Assembly (NCBI GenBank): GCA_013265495.1
Contig: MU061578.1
Coordinates: 3,047,308-3,111,307 of the forward strand
DNA: 64,000 nt
DNA from: Vicugna vicugna
Taxonomy: Eukaryota
Reading direction: 5' to 3'
In this document: piece by piece, positions 25,531 through 38,724 of the stretch
How the letters are laid out: every line of letters begins with the position of its first letter
Numbering within the stretch: the stretch's first letter is position 1
Translations under genes and position numbers: made by a program
Notes under the pieces: generated by a model
Database searches by the model: none
What the model saw: the letters and a program-made list of their open reading frames with translations, nothing else
What the model was told of the DNA's origin: nothing

Positions 25531-26579
25531 ACATTTTCTTCTTGTCAGTGCACAGAGTATTTCTGGAGGGAGCCGGAAAAAACCAATAACGCGCCTCTTG
25601 TCTTTCGAGGGCTACAGGACGAAGGGGATTTAAGCCTGTACACCCTTCAGACATCAAATCACGTGTATTTATTGTTGACTTAAACAAACCCCAACTACCT
25701 CAGTAATTGTTTTTGGTTCTTTCTGTCCTCGGTTCTTAGCTTAGGGAGTCGAAGGCTGATTTAGGAAAGGGAGTGGTTGGTGTAACTTACTAGGTTGGGG
25801 TCTGCACTGGGATTTCTTTTACTAAGCTTGCCAAGAATACAAGGACCAGAACACCCAAGAAGCCAGCCTCAGGCATCTTGATTGGGGTCAGGGGGCGAGG
25901 GTCTACCTCCCTTTGCTTTCCTCCAGGCTGGCAGTGGAGAGATGGCACGGCCAGGAGGCAAGAGAAATCTAGCCCCTGGAGGCCAGAGCCAGGTGACCAC
26001 AGCAGAAGGGCAGACTCCTGGGCCGGTGCTTCTCCACATCACTGGACCTGGGGTTGATATTCCTGCCTGGCCCCACCCAGAGAGGGTGGTTTCAGTGGAT
26101 TTTAAATGTGCCTAGGGGGTCTACAGGGAACTACAGCTGAGGACAGTGGCTCGGGTGGGACCTCTGTGCTCACTGCTGCACCCACGGGCTGTCCGAAATG
26201 CATTTCACCAATGCTCTGCAATCCCTAGATGCACCCGGGCTTGTGAGAGCAGAGTCCCTGTCCAGACCTGGTTGCCAGGTGTGCCGGTGCCCATCTTCCA
26301 GACGCCCCTGCTACAGGTAGGTCTGGGAAACTTGGGTCACAGGTGGGGTGTGAGCAGTTGTGTCATTTTGAGCAGCTGCCCTCATGCCTGCAGAGACAGC
26401 CTCAGCTGCTCCACCTCTGATGGATGGGGCAGCTTTGGCTCAGGCACCTTGAGTTTCTTTGCCTGACATTCTAAAGCTCTTAAGAGAACTCAGACAGAGC
26501 CTTTGGAATCAAGAATTATAGCCTTCTGGTCTCTCCTTCAGTTTTCTTTCCTTTGCTAAAGGAATCCATGTGCTTTACT

Positions 26580-26670
26580 TATTTTTTAAAGGAGGTACTG
26601 GGGATTGAACCAGAACCCAGAACCTCGTGCATGCCAAGCACGCACTCTACCACTGAGCTCTACCCACCCA
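26580..26670 (-). mobile_element. tRNA-derived SINE
   Basis: Reverse-complement consensus; TSD-like CCATGTG(C/T)TTTA on both sides. Confidence 0.75.
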
Positions 26671-28915
26671 CTGCCATGTGTTTTAAATATTTCAGACACC
26701 CCCCTCAACTGTGGACACGTGACTGGATGTGCTGGGTAGATCTCAGGTTCTATTGCCGGTCCTTTCCCCATTTCTCATCCCAGACAAGCCCTGCCCCACC
26801 TTCCACCCCCACACGTCAGGGGCTTGCACTTAAAGAGATCTCTGGTCACGACTCGCTGTGTGATTTCCTGTGTCCAACTCATTACCCTGGCAGGCACCCC
26901 TTTTCTAACTGCAAGATGTTAAAACTCATGTCTCCGTACTAAGGAGAATGCACACAGATTTGTTTGGTTTTCTTCTTCAATTGTGGTAATATAACACATA
27001 ATGTTTACCATTAGTGACGTTTAGTACACTTGTGTTTTGCAGCCATTTTTCCCATCCTGGAACAAAGCCATGCCCATTAGCATCACCCCTGTGTCCCCCT
27101 GCCCCAGCCCCCTCTCATCCCCTTTCTGCCTCCACAGATCAGCCTGCTGTGGACACTCTGTATAAATGGAGTCGTATAGGATGTGACCTTTTGAGTCTGG
27201 ATAATCTCCCTGAGCATCGTGCATTCAAGGTTCGTCTGTGCTGTGCGTGTGCTGAATAGTGTTCCAGGGTGTGGATGGACTGATCACACTCGGTTTGTCC
27301 ATCATCTGTCAAAGGACATGTGGGTTGTTACGAATACTGAAGTTCTGGGCACTCTTGTACAGGTATTTGTGTAAGTCTCTGCTCTCCGTTCTCCTGGATA
27401 AACCGCTGGGAGTGGAGTTACTGGGTCAGGCAGCTTTTCTGTGTTTGACCTTTTGAGGAACCACCAGCCCATTTCCACAGCGGCTGCCCCACGTTACCCC
27501 CACCAGCCGTGCCCAAGAGTGTGTCCACCTCCTCACCTATCACGTCACCTTCCATTTTCATAATTAAAGCTGCTCAAGTGGATGCATACAGGTTTTTAAA
27601 TGAACTCTTTTTATTAAATAGAGGAAAACAGTTAAAGCCAGAAAGTTAAACATTTACACAAAACCCAGCATTCTCTCTTCTCTCTCCATGCCCCATCACC
27701 CACCCTTTGAGGGACCACCTCCAGCTATGCTGGTTTTAACCCCTGGCACATCCTCATTCCAGTCTTCGACCTCCTTCTTGGGTCAATGGGGATTATGACT
27801 CACTAAGACCCTTTGACCCTTTCCATTCTCTCAATATACCTTGTGTGACTTAGGACAGTGGTTTGGCTGTTTTAAAAGGACCAGAATAACAAATATCTCG
27901 CCTTGTGCAAGATAAAAGTTTGTTTCTTTCTCACATGATAAAGAACTCAAGGCTCAGTTGTGGAGTTTTCCAGCTTTCAGGACCCACGCGCTTTCTGTCT
28001 TCTGGTACATCTTCAAAAGTGTTTTCCATCTTGTTTTTCAAGGTGGCTGCACCAGGTTTCCTCCCCAAACCACGCCTGATGCAGCCAGCAGGAAGGAAGC
28101 AGAGCAGGAGGGAGGTGGTTGTGACTTCTAACATATTTTGTCTTGTATTAATAATAGTTAGCATCTTGTAATAACCTTTAATGAAAAAATATGAAAGCGA
28201 ATATATGTATGTATATGCATGACTGGGACATTGTGCTGTATGCCAAAAATCGACACATTGTAGTTGTACTTCAACTTAAAAAATTAAAAAATGTTTTAAA
28301 AGCTAGAGGAAAAACATAATAAGCTAATGTTGGAGTGCTTACTATGTGACAGGTACTGTTATAAGCACTTTGTACACATTTACTAATTTAATCCTTAAAA
28401 CCATTTTCTAAAGTAGATGTTGTTTCCCTTTTACAGAGAAGGACGCCAGGCGCAGTCAGATCGAGGCGCTCGCCCCAGGTCACACCGTGAGTAAGCAGAG
28501 CCTACTTTCACTGGGGGCCGTGACTCTCTGGGCATCCGCCCGTCCGGCCTGTACTTGAGGCTGGCGGAAGGCTGGTCAGAGGTTCCTTAGTTAATGGTTA
28601 ATGTGTGGTTTGTTGTAATCAGCCCAGCTGGCACTGCCCCAGGTCAGCAGGCAGGAGACACTGGGTACTAAGATGACAGTATTTCCTGCCTGCTGCCTCT
28701 GAACTACCACTTGGCCTTTCTGACTTGAAGACCTTCGTAAGGGGAGTCTGTGACTCCCTAAACGTTTGTTCAGCTTGTGTTTCTCAGGGTGATGGTCCAC
28801 GATCATGGCTGCACTGGGCTCCTAAGAGGCAGAGAAGGGCAGCGCCCTGGGCAGTCCTGACCACCTCATTCCGTTGCCACAGTGGCCAGGAGTTAAACTT
28901 GGGGATGTGCGCACA

Positions 28916-31900
28916 ATGATGGACAGCAAGGACCTGGAAGCCGAAATCCACCCCTTGAAGTATGAAGACAGGAAGCCGCAGGAGAATCTGGGAAACCAAG
29001 AGAAAAAGGAAACGAACCTGAAGACGCCCCCGCCGTCCCGCCTCTCCCGATGCCGGATGGTGGCCTTCTTTCTTTCTCTGTTTATCTGCCTTTTCGTGGT
29101 GTTTGTGGTTTCATTCATCATCCCATGTCCAGAGCGGCCGCTGTCGCAGGGGGTGTGGAGGCTCCATTACAACAAAGCAGGTGCGCCAGCCGGGCTGTAG
29201 GCTCCCGCGGGGGTGATGGGTGGGCAGCGCTGTGTCTGGGAGAAGTGTCTTGGACCGTGAATCAACTCTGAGGGGCTGTCAGTTGTCCATCTGCCATTCT
29301 CCTGGAACCCATTTTAGGAAGGATGGATGGGTTCATGAAAGAAAAGTAATTACTTTTCTGAATTAAAAAAAAGATTAATAAAACAGAGGAGCTGGCAGAA
29401 CAGAGAAGAAGATGACTGTCCTAAAATGTGGAAACTGCATATTTTGTAGTTAGATCTCCCTAAAGGGCTCCAGCTAACATTCTGACTCCCTCAGCTGGAG
29501 TCCCACACACTTTGATTCATCTCATTAATTGGCAGCCTGGAACCTTGACCTTTAAGAAAGCGGCTGGTTCTCTGGACACTTCCCTACCTGCTCGGAGCTG
29601 TGAGCACAGCGACTCCAGACCCCGTATCAGTGGGTGTGGATGTGACAGCCTTGGAATGTGTCTTTGCACAGACTTGACGCCTTCTCTGGTGGTGGAATGA
29701 GGCGAATTTCTTGCTTAAGCCCCACTTATCGTCAATGTTGTTCTGAATTTGGTGCTTAATTTTGAGACGGAGTAATACGTGCTTCTTTGTTTATTTTTGG
29801 CAGCTTTATTGAGATACAACTTATATATCATAATATTCATTTCTTTTAAGTAGACAAGCTAATGATTTCTAGTCAGTTTAAGACTTGAGCACCGGTGCAG
29901 CTGTCACCACAGTCCAGTTTTTAGAACATTTCAGTCATCCCTGCAGGATTCCTTGCCATCGCGCCCCAGCCCCCGGAGCTGCTGGCCTGCTTTCTCTCTT
30001 TCTCTCTCCATACACTTGTCTCTTCTGGACATTTCATGAAAGCGAAATCATGTAAGATGCATCCTTCGGCTTCTTTCACTTACAGTTGACCCGTGTGGTG
30101 GCACGTCCCTCTCTTTTTACTGCGGAACAGTACCCCTTTGTGTGGTCAGAAGGGCAGTCAGTCCAGAGACCAGTTGCTGAACTTTTGTATTGTGTTCCAT
30201 TTTTGACTTTTGTGAGTAATACTGCCGTGAACGTTGACGTGCAGATCTTTATGTGGACGTATGTTTCTATTTCTCTAGGGTAGATTGGTAGAAGTAGAGT
30301 TATTGAACCTCACGGTGAGCTTGTATTCAATCGGATAACCGCCAAGCTTCCCCCAGCAGCTTTGCCCGTTCACCCTCCCACCAGCCATGCTAGCGAGGAT
30401 TCCAGTTTCTCCACAGCCTTGCTAACACTTGTTATTGTCTGTCTGTCTTTGCACAGCCGTGCCGGTGGGTGTGAAGTGGTATCTCATTGTGTTTATAACT
30501 TGCATTTCCCTGATGACTAATGATGTTCACACAGTTATTGGCCATTCTCACAATTTCTTTGGTGAATGTCTGTTCAGATCTTCTCTTCACTTAAAAAGAT
30601 GATTGTTTGTTTTATTATTGAGTTATATACATCATTTATATATTCTAGATACAAGTTTTTATTGTATGTACGATTGGCAAATAATTTGCAACCTGTCTGG
30701 GACTTATCTTTTCGTTTTCATAGGGCATCTTCCAAAGCACAAAAGTTTTAAATTTAATGAAGTCAAATTTATATCCATTGAGAGGAGGGTATAGCTCAAG
30801 TGGTAGATCACATGCTTAGCATGCACAAGGTCTTCAGTTCAATCCCCAGTACCTCCTCTAGACATAAGTAAATAAATAAACCTAGTTATCATCCCCTGCC
30901 CCCAAAATAATAATAATTAATTAATTAAAAAAAATTTTATCCTTTTTTTTAGTGTAGATTGTGCTTTTGGTGTCTAAGAACTCTGCCTAATTAAAGGTCA
31001 TGAAGATTTTCTTCTGTCTTTTCTTTGAGAAATGTTATAGTTCTAGCATACACTTCTTTTTTTTGCAGTTTTTTTGCAGTGCCGTTTTATACTTCTTTTC
31101 CTATATTCAAAAATGTTTTCTTTGATGCTGCTGTGATAGGCCTTGTTTTGTGAATTTAGTTTTTAAGTTCTTATTGATAGTTTATAGAAACACTGCTGGT
31201 TATTATATGGATTTTTTTTATCTTGTCTCCTTGTGGAATTCTTTAATTAAGCTAGTAAGGGTGTATGTGTGTATTTAGAATTTTCTAGCAGGAAAGGGTA
31301 TGTATAGCTCAGTGGTAGAGTGTGTGCTTATATGTGAGGTCCTGGGTTCAATCTCCAAGTACCTCCATTAAAAAGTTTGTTTAAAATGCATAAACCTAAT
31401 TACCTACCCCCACCACCAAAAAAAAAAAAAAAAGGAATTTAAACAAATTGAAATTGAAATTTTTGTCTACATTTTGAAAAAGACAGCTTTACTTCTTCCT
31501 TTTCATTCTGGTTTCCTTTTCTTTCTTTTTCTTACCTGATTTCACTGCTAGAACCTCCAGTACAGTGATGAATAGACGAGGTAAGAGGAGATGCCTTCTT
31601 CCGACTTGAGGTCTAACACATCACATCTCCCAGCAGTCAGCGTGGGGATTGCTGTAGATGCACTTTATCAGTTTGAACTTTTATCATGAAAAGATACTGG
31701 ATTTTGTCAGATGCTTTTTCTGTGTCTGTGAGACAACTGTGTGGTTTTTATCCCTTATTCTGTTAATATGGTGTATTACACTGATTTTCAGACACTGATC
31801 AACCTTGTGTTCCTGAGCTGGAACCCACTGGATCACGTTGTGTAATCACTTCTTCAAGCTGCTGGACCCAGCTTGCTAATTTGTGCTGAGAATCACTGTC

Positions 31901-34900
31901 TGTATTAATGAGGGATATTGAACACAATTTTCTTTGTCTGGCTTTGATGTTAGTGTTATTATGTGCTCATAAATGTGGACAGAGCTAGGTTCCTCTCTAG
32001 TCTCTCCTAACGGTGCATGAAGCCTTCAGACTGCCCAGAACATGTGGGGTCTTATCAGCACCAACTGGGGCAGTTTCTGGATGTCCCCGTTCAGTTTCTG
32101 GCTAGTCTTCTTAGTTGTCGTTTGTCCCATCTGTATCTCAGCCTGGATGGAGCTGGCTCTAAAGTTGGCCTTCCCTTTGTCTGCCCAGGAGCAGTCAGCC
32201 CCTCGGCAGGAAGCTGCTAGTTTTTCAACTGTCCCCCTCCTGGTACCCAGCAGCCCACCGACTCCCACTGTTCTGACCCAAGGCCCAGAAGTGTTTCTTA
32301 AATGAGTGCTTCTGGGTCTCGGGTGTGCCTTTAGCCTAGTCCCAGAGTTGCTTTTGACAATTTTGTCCCATTTTATTGTTTTCTGGGGAGAGGATTTGCT
32401 AGGCTCTTCACTCCGTGATTCTGGAAGTCACGCATCTGGTGTTCAGTTGTGTTTTGTTTTGTTTTTTTTAATGGTGGTAAAATGCACATCACCAAAACTG
32501 GCCATTTTAAAGTGAACAATTCAGTGGTGTTAATACATTCACAATGCTGTGTGACCGTCGTCACTATCTAGTCCCAAAACTTTCATCATCTCAGACAGAA
32601 ATTCTGCACCCAACAGACAGTTACTAGTTCTGCCCTCCTGCCCAGCCTGTAGTCACCTCTGCTCCACTTTCTGTCTCTCTGCATGTGCCTGTTCTAAGTA
32701 CCTCATCCAACGGGAAACATCTGTTTGTCTTTTTGTGACTGGCTGGTTTCACTAAGCATAATGTCCTCACGGTTCATCCGTGTGTTGCCGTGTGGCCAAA
32801 TTTCATTCCTTTTGATGGGTGAATGATGATCCGTCGTGTGGATGGGTCACGTTCTGTTTCTCGTTTCTTCTACTGTTGGACACTTGGGTTGTTTCTACCT
32901 TTTAGCTGTTGTGAGCAGTGCTGCCATGAACAGTCATGTGCTAGTAACTATTTGAGTGCCTGCTTCCAATTATTTGGGTTATTTACCCAAAGAATGGAGT
33001 TGCTGGGTCCTCCACTAATTCTATTTTTAACTTTTTGAGAAACTGCTGGAGTGGTTTCCACAGTGGCTGCACCATTTTATGTTCCCAGTGTTAAATAAAG
33101 CACAAGGGGTCCAGTTTCTCCAATCCTTGTTTTCTGTTTGTTTTTTTAAATAACAGTCATCCTAACAAGTATGAAATGGTAGTTCATTATTGTGGTTTTG
33201 ATTTGCATTTCCCTAGTTACTGGTGATGTTGAGCATCTTTTCATGTGCTTGTGGACCAGTTGTGCATCTTCTTTGGAGAAATGTCTATCCAAGTCTTCTG
33301 CCCACCTGTGCTTTTATCTTTTCACACTCTTGATGGTGTCTTTCGATGAAGTCCAGTTTATCTGTTTTTTTCTTTTGTTACCTGTGCTTTTGGTGTCATA
33401 TCCAAGAAATCTTTACCCAAACCAATGTCAGGAAGATTTTTTTCTCTATATTTTCGTTTTCTTCTAAGAGTTTTGTAGGTTAGCTCTTAAATTTAGGTCA
33501 GTGATCCATTTGAGTTCATTTTTGTATATGGATTGACGTAAGGGCCCCATTTCAACTTCTCGGTGTCTGATTTTAAAGCATGGAGTTTATCATTTGAGTC
33601 CTTGACTGAAAAGAAGGAGCAGCCTCCGAGAGTGTAGATACGTGGACTCCAGATACCAAAACGATCAGGGAGGGGCTCGTTCCTGAACAGGTGTTCAGAA
33701 TGTCCGTTCGTGATGCCCAGGTGTCCCTGGCCTCTGACGCTCGCCCACCATGTCATGAAGAATCATTGCTGCTGCTCGGGAGAGGTGTGGGGTCGCCAGC
33801 CTGAGAGGGAGTGGCGCTGCCCCTGCAGTCTCCGCCCAGGACGGGCTCGAACTAGGGCACGTCGGGCCGGCCCGGCCCGGGGAACATAGCCCGTGGTTTT
33901 CTTTGCAGTCGCCTATGACTTTCTGGCCACAGAAGATGTAAACAAGGACAGGATCCAAGACGTTCTCTTTCTTTATAAAAACTTCAACAGCAGCAACAAT
34001 TTCAGCCAGTCCTGTGCTGATGAAGGTAATTTTGTTTTTATTTGAAAAAGGAAGAACTCCTTGGTGGAGGAGGAATCCTCACCCTCTGGCAGTGTTTGGG
34101 GGAAGCAGTTGGTGGGATTTCTGGAAACTACCATCGCCCCCCCCTTCCCAGCAGGACTAGAAAGTGACCAGGAGGCAGGCTGTGGTCCCCGCGCCCTGCT
34201 TCCCTGTGTGGTTGCTAACCCTGCGGGGTCAGCACTAGGACCCCCGGGATGAAGGGTTCCAGCCCGGGTGGCAGGGCTGCACGCACAGCCCCACAGAGCC
34301 GGGTCTCTCCCTCCAGGCTTTTCCTCCCCGTGCACCTTTGTGGCCGCTGTTTCGGGGGCCAACGGCACCATACTGTGGGAGAGGCCCGCAGCCCAGGACA
34401 GGGCCCTCGTGGAGTGCGCCATCCCCCAGCCCAGGGACAGCGGGGCGTCTTCTGCCTGCGTCCTGCTCGGCAGACTGGGCTCTTTCCTCGCGGTGGACTT
34501 GTTCACAGGTAGGCTGTCCTCCCTGTAGCCACCCTGGGCCTCCACACACAGGAGGCTCCGGGGAGGCTCAGCCAGGCTCTCCAATGGTGCAGCTGGAGAG
34601 GAAGGAAGGCTGAGGCGGGCAGGGAGGAACACCCCATGAGGAGTCCCACGTGGCACATAAGCCACCGTCACCTCCAGTTTCAGTCTTACACGGTGGGAGC
34701 GGTGAGGAGGGGTGGTGGAGGCACCTCCTGTGGGAGGGGGTCTGGGCCGGTTGTGCTCCAGCCCTGAGGCCGTGCGGCTTTGGGCCTTAACCTGACAGGC
34801 CCTCACGCTTTTCCAAGGCCCTAAGGAATTCTGTGCCTTGATGCTGGATTTTTCCCTTGTAAGTTGTGATTTTAAGGATATGGAGGAAAATAAAGAGCAA

Positions 34901-37900
34901 GCTGGAAATATTTTAGGAAGAGTCAGTCTAAAAGCGGGTGTGGACCAGGTTGTATCTGGGTAAGACGTGGTCACATCAGAATCTGCAGTCCCTGAGTCCA
35001 GCCACCTTCATTCTCCTTCTGTGTGTGGGGCAGAGGGTCCACCTGTGACACTGGTGGGCGGTGGTGAGGCTAGGCCTGGTCCATCCATGGGGGAGGATCC
35101 ACTTTGGTCCCAAGACATTTTAGTGCCAAACACTGGAAAACACACAACAAGAAAGGGGGTGCTGTGCAGGCCCCAGACGTGATGCTGCCGACGTGTGGCT
35201 GTGGGCTCCAGCCTGTCTTCACACACGTGTTTGTATTGCAGCACCAGCGCACATGACACACTTGAGTGTGAGGCTGTCGTGGAAAGGGTTGGAGCTGACA
35301 CTCGGTTGCCCTGTGCTTGGTTATAGGGGAAACCCTGTGGAACCATCCCAGCCACTTTGGAGGGAATGTGTCCGTCCTGAGTCCTCTGCTGCAGGTGCCC
35401 GACATTGATGCCGACGGGGCCCCAGACCTGCTGGTCCTCACCCGGGAAGAGAGGCAGGTACGGCCTCCTCTACCGTTCACTCCCCTGGTGGAATTAGGGT
35501 CTGACCACTTGTCAGGTGCCTTGACCTGGGTGCTCGGGCGCCTCCCAACCCAGCACGCTGGGGTGGCTCTGTCCAGTCGGGCACTTCCAGATGCAGCTCT
35601 GAGGACCTTGAGGGCCACCCCATGTCTCCCAGGTGGCTGAGCACAGACATCAGACATGCTTAAATCAAAGCAGTCTTTCCTCGTACCGGGAGAACCTTGA
35701 CCCCTTTCTCTTTGTGCTGCAGGTTAGTGGCTACATCTATTCAGGCAGCACCGGGCAGCAGGTCGGCCACCCAGGCAGCCTGGGTGTGGATGGTGCCAGC
35801 GGCTCCGTCCTCCACGTCACCAGGGTGGGCGCTCACTACGTCCTTCTCCCCTGCGGTACGTGTTGTCTGCTGCTCCCAGGACCGCCTCCCTCGTGGGCCC
35901 TGCTGATCTCAGATCAGCTCCAGACCCTGAGAGGATACAGGTTGTGAGGGCTGTGGGCTCCTGCTGTTGTTCCAGGCTCGTGTCTTGGGGACAGAGTTGC
36001 TGGGCACCTGCAGTGACTTGAGTTCTTCCGTGTGTTGATAGCAAACTCACTCTGTGGCTGCTCGGTGAAGGGCCTCTATGAGAAGGTGACTGGGAGGGCC
36101 AGCGCACTCAGGAGGGACCCCTTCTGGGAGGACATGCTCAACACCACCTCCCACAGGCTGCATCCGCACAGGTGGGTGGGGTCCCCACGTGGGCCCAGGG
36201 CCTTGTGTTGGGTGTTGTGAGGCCATCCTGGGCTCAGGCTCGGGAAACCAGCCAGCAGAAACCAGATGAAGACCAGGGAGAAGACAGGTCCCCCCCTGGG
36301 TTCACTGGTCCCTGCCTCTGGTGAGGGTCTTGTTTTAAAGTCTCACATGAGAGAAGAAACGGGGGGCTGAGCCCAGAGGTGGTGTTGGGAGGGTCCCACC
36401 TCCCACCCCCAGTCTGAGTCCCATCCTTCCTTGCCTGTGTAGCTCTGGAGCCGTCCGCTACCTGATGCACGTGCCAGGGAAAGCAAGCAAGGACCTGCTT
36501 CTTGTGAGTTCAGAGGCCTGCGTGCTGCTGGATGGGCAGGATTTGACACCTAGGTGGACCTTCAGCCCGGCCTGGGTCCTGAGGTATGGGGTTCTACTCC
36601 AGGTAGCTGGGCAACTCTGGGGATGAGGCTTGTGTGCTTCTGCAGAGGCCTCTGGCCTATCACCTGGGGCCACTTTGCATGGGATAAAGGTGGAGGGGAG
36701 GTGGTGAGACCCCTCGCCCCCCAGCGTCAGCTTCCCACCCAGCACCCTGGTGTGGCTGGGCCACCCCAGCCCTGTCCAGGTGTGGCAAGGAAAAGACAGT
36801 GGGGTCCCTGTCCCAGTGTCTCCTGACAGAGTTCCTTTGTGGTGTGAGTCCACTGTCCGCTCTCCTTCCAGAAAACCCATCCTCGGCCACTACAAACCCG
36901 ACACACCGGCCCTGGTCATCGAGAACGGGACTGGCGCTGACAGACAGGTTGGCGGCATTCCCTCCTGAGCCTCACCTTTGCTTATAGCTGAGGAAAGTGG
37001 GTCTACGTGGCAGGCAGGGCTGTGGCCTGGCGAGAGGCCTGGGTGAGTCACCTTCAGGGACGTGACCCCCCTTCATGGCTCTCCCTCCCCAGATCCTGCT
37101 TCTGGACCTGGGCTCCGGGGCCGTCCTGTGGAGCCAGGCCCTCCCGGGCCTCCATGGGGACCCACCGGCTGCCAGCCTGCCGACCGCAGACCACCGTTCC
37201 GCCTTCTTCTTCTGGGGCCTCCAGGAGCTGGAGGATGCCAACCACACGGTACCGGTGGGAGGTGCCATGCTCGGGCTGGGGTGGGCAAGCTCAGGTAGCA
37301 GACTACGTGGAGAGTGGGCAGGACAAGGTAGTCTGAGCCAACAGAAGGGGGCCTGGGCTGCAGGGGATGCCAGGGCAACCTGGGCAGAAGTGGTGGGGCA
37401 CAGGGTTCCAGCTGGACAACACTGAGAAGGGTCAGGGTCAGGTGGAGTGTGGATGGGCGGACAGGAGGTGCAGGGTTGTGGGACCCCAGGTGGGGACCTG
37501 GGTGGACACAGCTTCAGGCATGGTGATTGGCAGGAGTGCCCCTCAGGACTAAGCACAGCACCCCACCTCCCACCACAAGCCAGGGACACGTGGTTTCTCA
37601 GCCTGGTCAGCCTTACGCCTGTTGCTGCTGTCTCCCCAGGAGCCAGGGGCTGCCCCGCACCACCTGTACATGTTCCACCCCACACTGCCCGGCGTGCTGC
37701 TGGAGCTGACCAACATCTCCGCCAACATCGTCGCCTTCCAGGGTGAGTGGGGCCTCGGGGTGGGCCTGGGCTCCACCCGCCACAGGCAGTCTGCCCTGGC
37801 CAGTCCTGGGACCTGACATTTATGTTCCCACAGTGGTTCTGCTGGAGCCAAGCCGCCACGCTGCCTTCATACTCCTGACGGGCCCCACCAGCCCAGATGC

Positions 37901-38045
37901 ACCTGGCCTGGTCTCCATGACCAAACACAAGGTGCGGGACCTCGTACCAAGCAGTAGGGTGGTCCACCTGGCCAGGGGTGGGCCCGACAGTGACCAGGCC
38001 ATCAGGGACCGGTTCTCCCGCCTGCGGTATCGGAGCGAGACCTAG
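28916..38045 (+). CDS. FAM234A: FAM234A (ITFG3), type II membrane protein with FG-GAP-like repeats, 551 aa, 11 coding exons
   Basis: Coding exons 28916-29180, 33909-34025, 34317-34508, 35327-35457, 35723-35855, 36042-36171, 36443-36583, 36872-36947, 37093-37248, 37640-37742, 37834-38045. All GT-AG with consistent phases (1656 nt). [15 protein letters not shown]...TM segment [19 protein letters not shown]...[19 protein letters not shown]. Confidence 0.93.
29790..33550 (-). mobile_element. Cluster of antisense old LINE-1 fragments with two SINEs (~30783-30935, ~31292-31435)
   Basis: T-rich. Plus-strand reading [16 protein letters not shown]...SSLEKCL is the typical antisense reading of the L1 ORF2 3' end. 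Confidence 0.75.
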
Positions 38046-38718
38046 ATGTGCAGTGGAGGAGAAGCTCCAGCTCCTGAAATTAAACGTCCAGGGAAGTCGG
38101 CCCTCCCTCGCTTGTCTGCACGCTGACTTCTGACCTGGCGACACGCCCCACGGGATCCTCATCACCCCAGGGACACATCTGGGCCTCTCCCGCCAGCACG
38201 CTCAGTCCTCACTCTTCTCCCCCACTGGGGTCACACACAAGGCCCACTGCCTTCCCTGTGGTCTCTCTAGGCAGAGCCCATGCCTGGAGCAGCTCACCCT
38301 TCCTCCTCCACACCTGGCCAGAGAGCCACAGCCATGGGAACAGCCCAGGCCCCATCTGCAGAAAAGTCCCCTCCCCTTCTCTGCACCATCTCTGTGGGGT
38401 CATGAGCTCAGAGGGTTGTGGACCCCAAGTTCCAGCCCTCAGCCTGGGGCCTAGGAGGATGTGGTGGGTGGGGCTGTGTGGAGCTGTGCGTGTCCTGTGC
38501 ACCCCCTGGATACACTGGAGCTGTCTGTCCCTTGGGTGTGGCCAGCGCCCCCTCTCCCCCTTCCTGGTGCTTGGAAGCCCCTGCAGCTGGTGTCACTTGA
38601 TAAAAGACTCACCTTTGTGCCTTGTTCACTCCAGACCTGCCTGGTGCTCTGTGTGGCTCAGCCGGGCCCAGACAGAAAAAGCAGTCTGAGGACCCTGGGT
38701 GCCTCGGAAAGAAATCAG

Positions 38719-38724
38719 AATAAA
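38719..38724 (+). terminator. FAM234A polyadenylation signal
   Basis: AATAAA ~670 nt after the stop codon, followed by GT-rich sequence. Confidence 0.7.

Noticed and set aside
28788..28860. Upstream acceptor at 28787 with two more uORFs (28792, 28805)
   Set aside because: The acceptor at 28882 has a better-placed branch motif and pyrimidine tract, so these ATGs are probably intronic.
33973..38165. Long minus-strand ORFs (333 aa and 397 aa)
   Set aside because: They are antisense shadows of GC-rich FAM234A exons and introns with no recognisable protein features.
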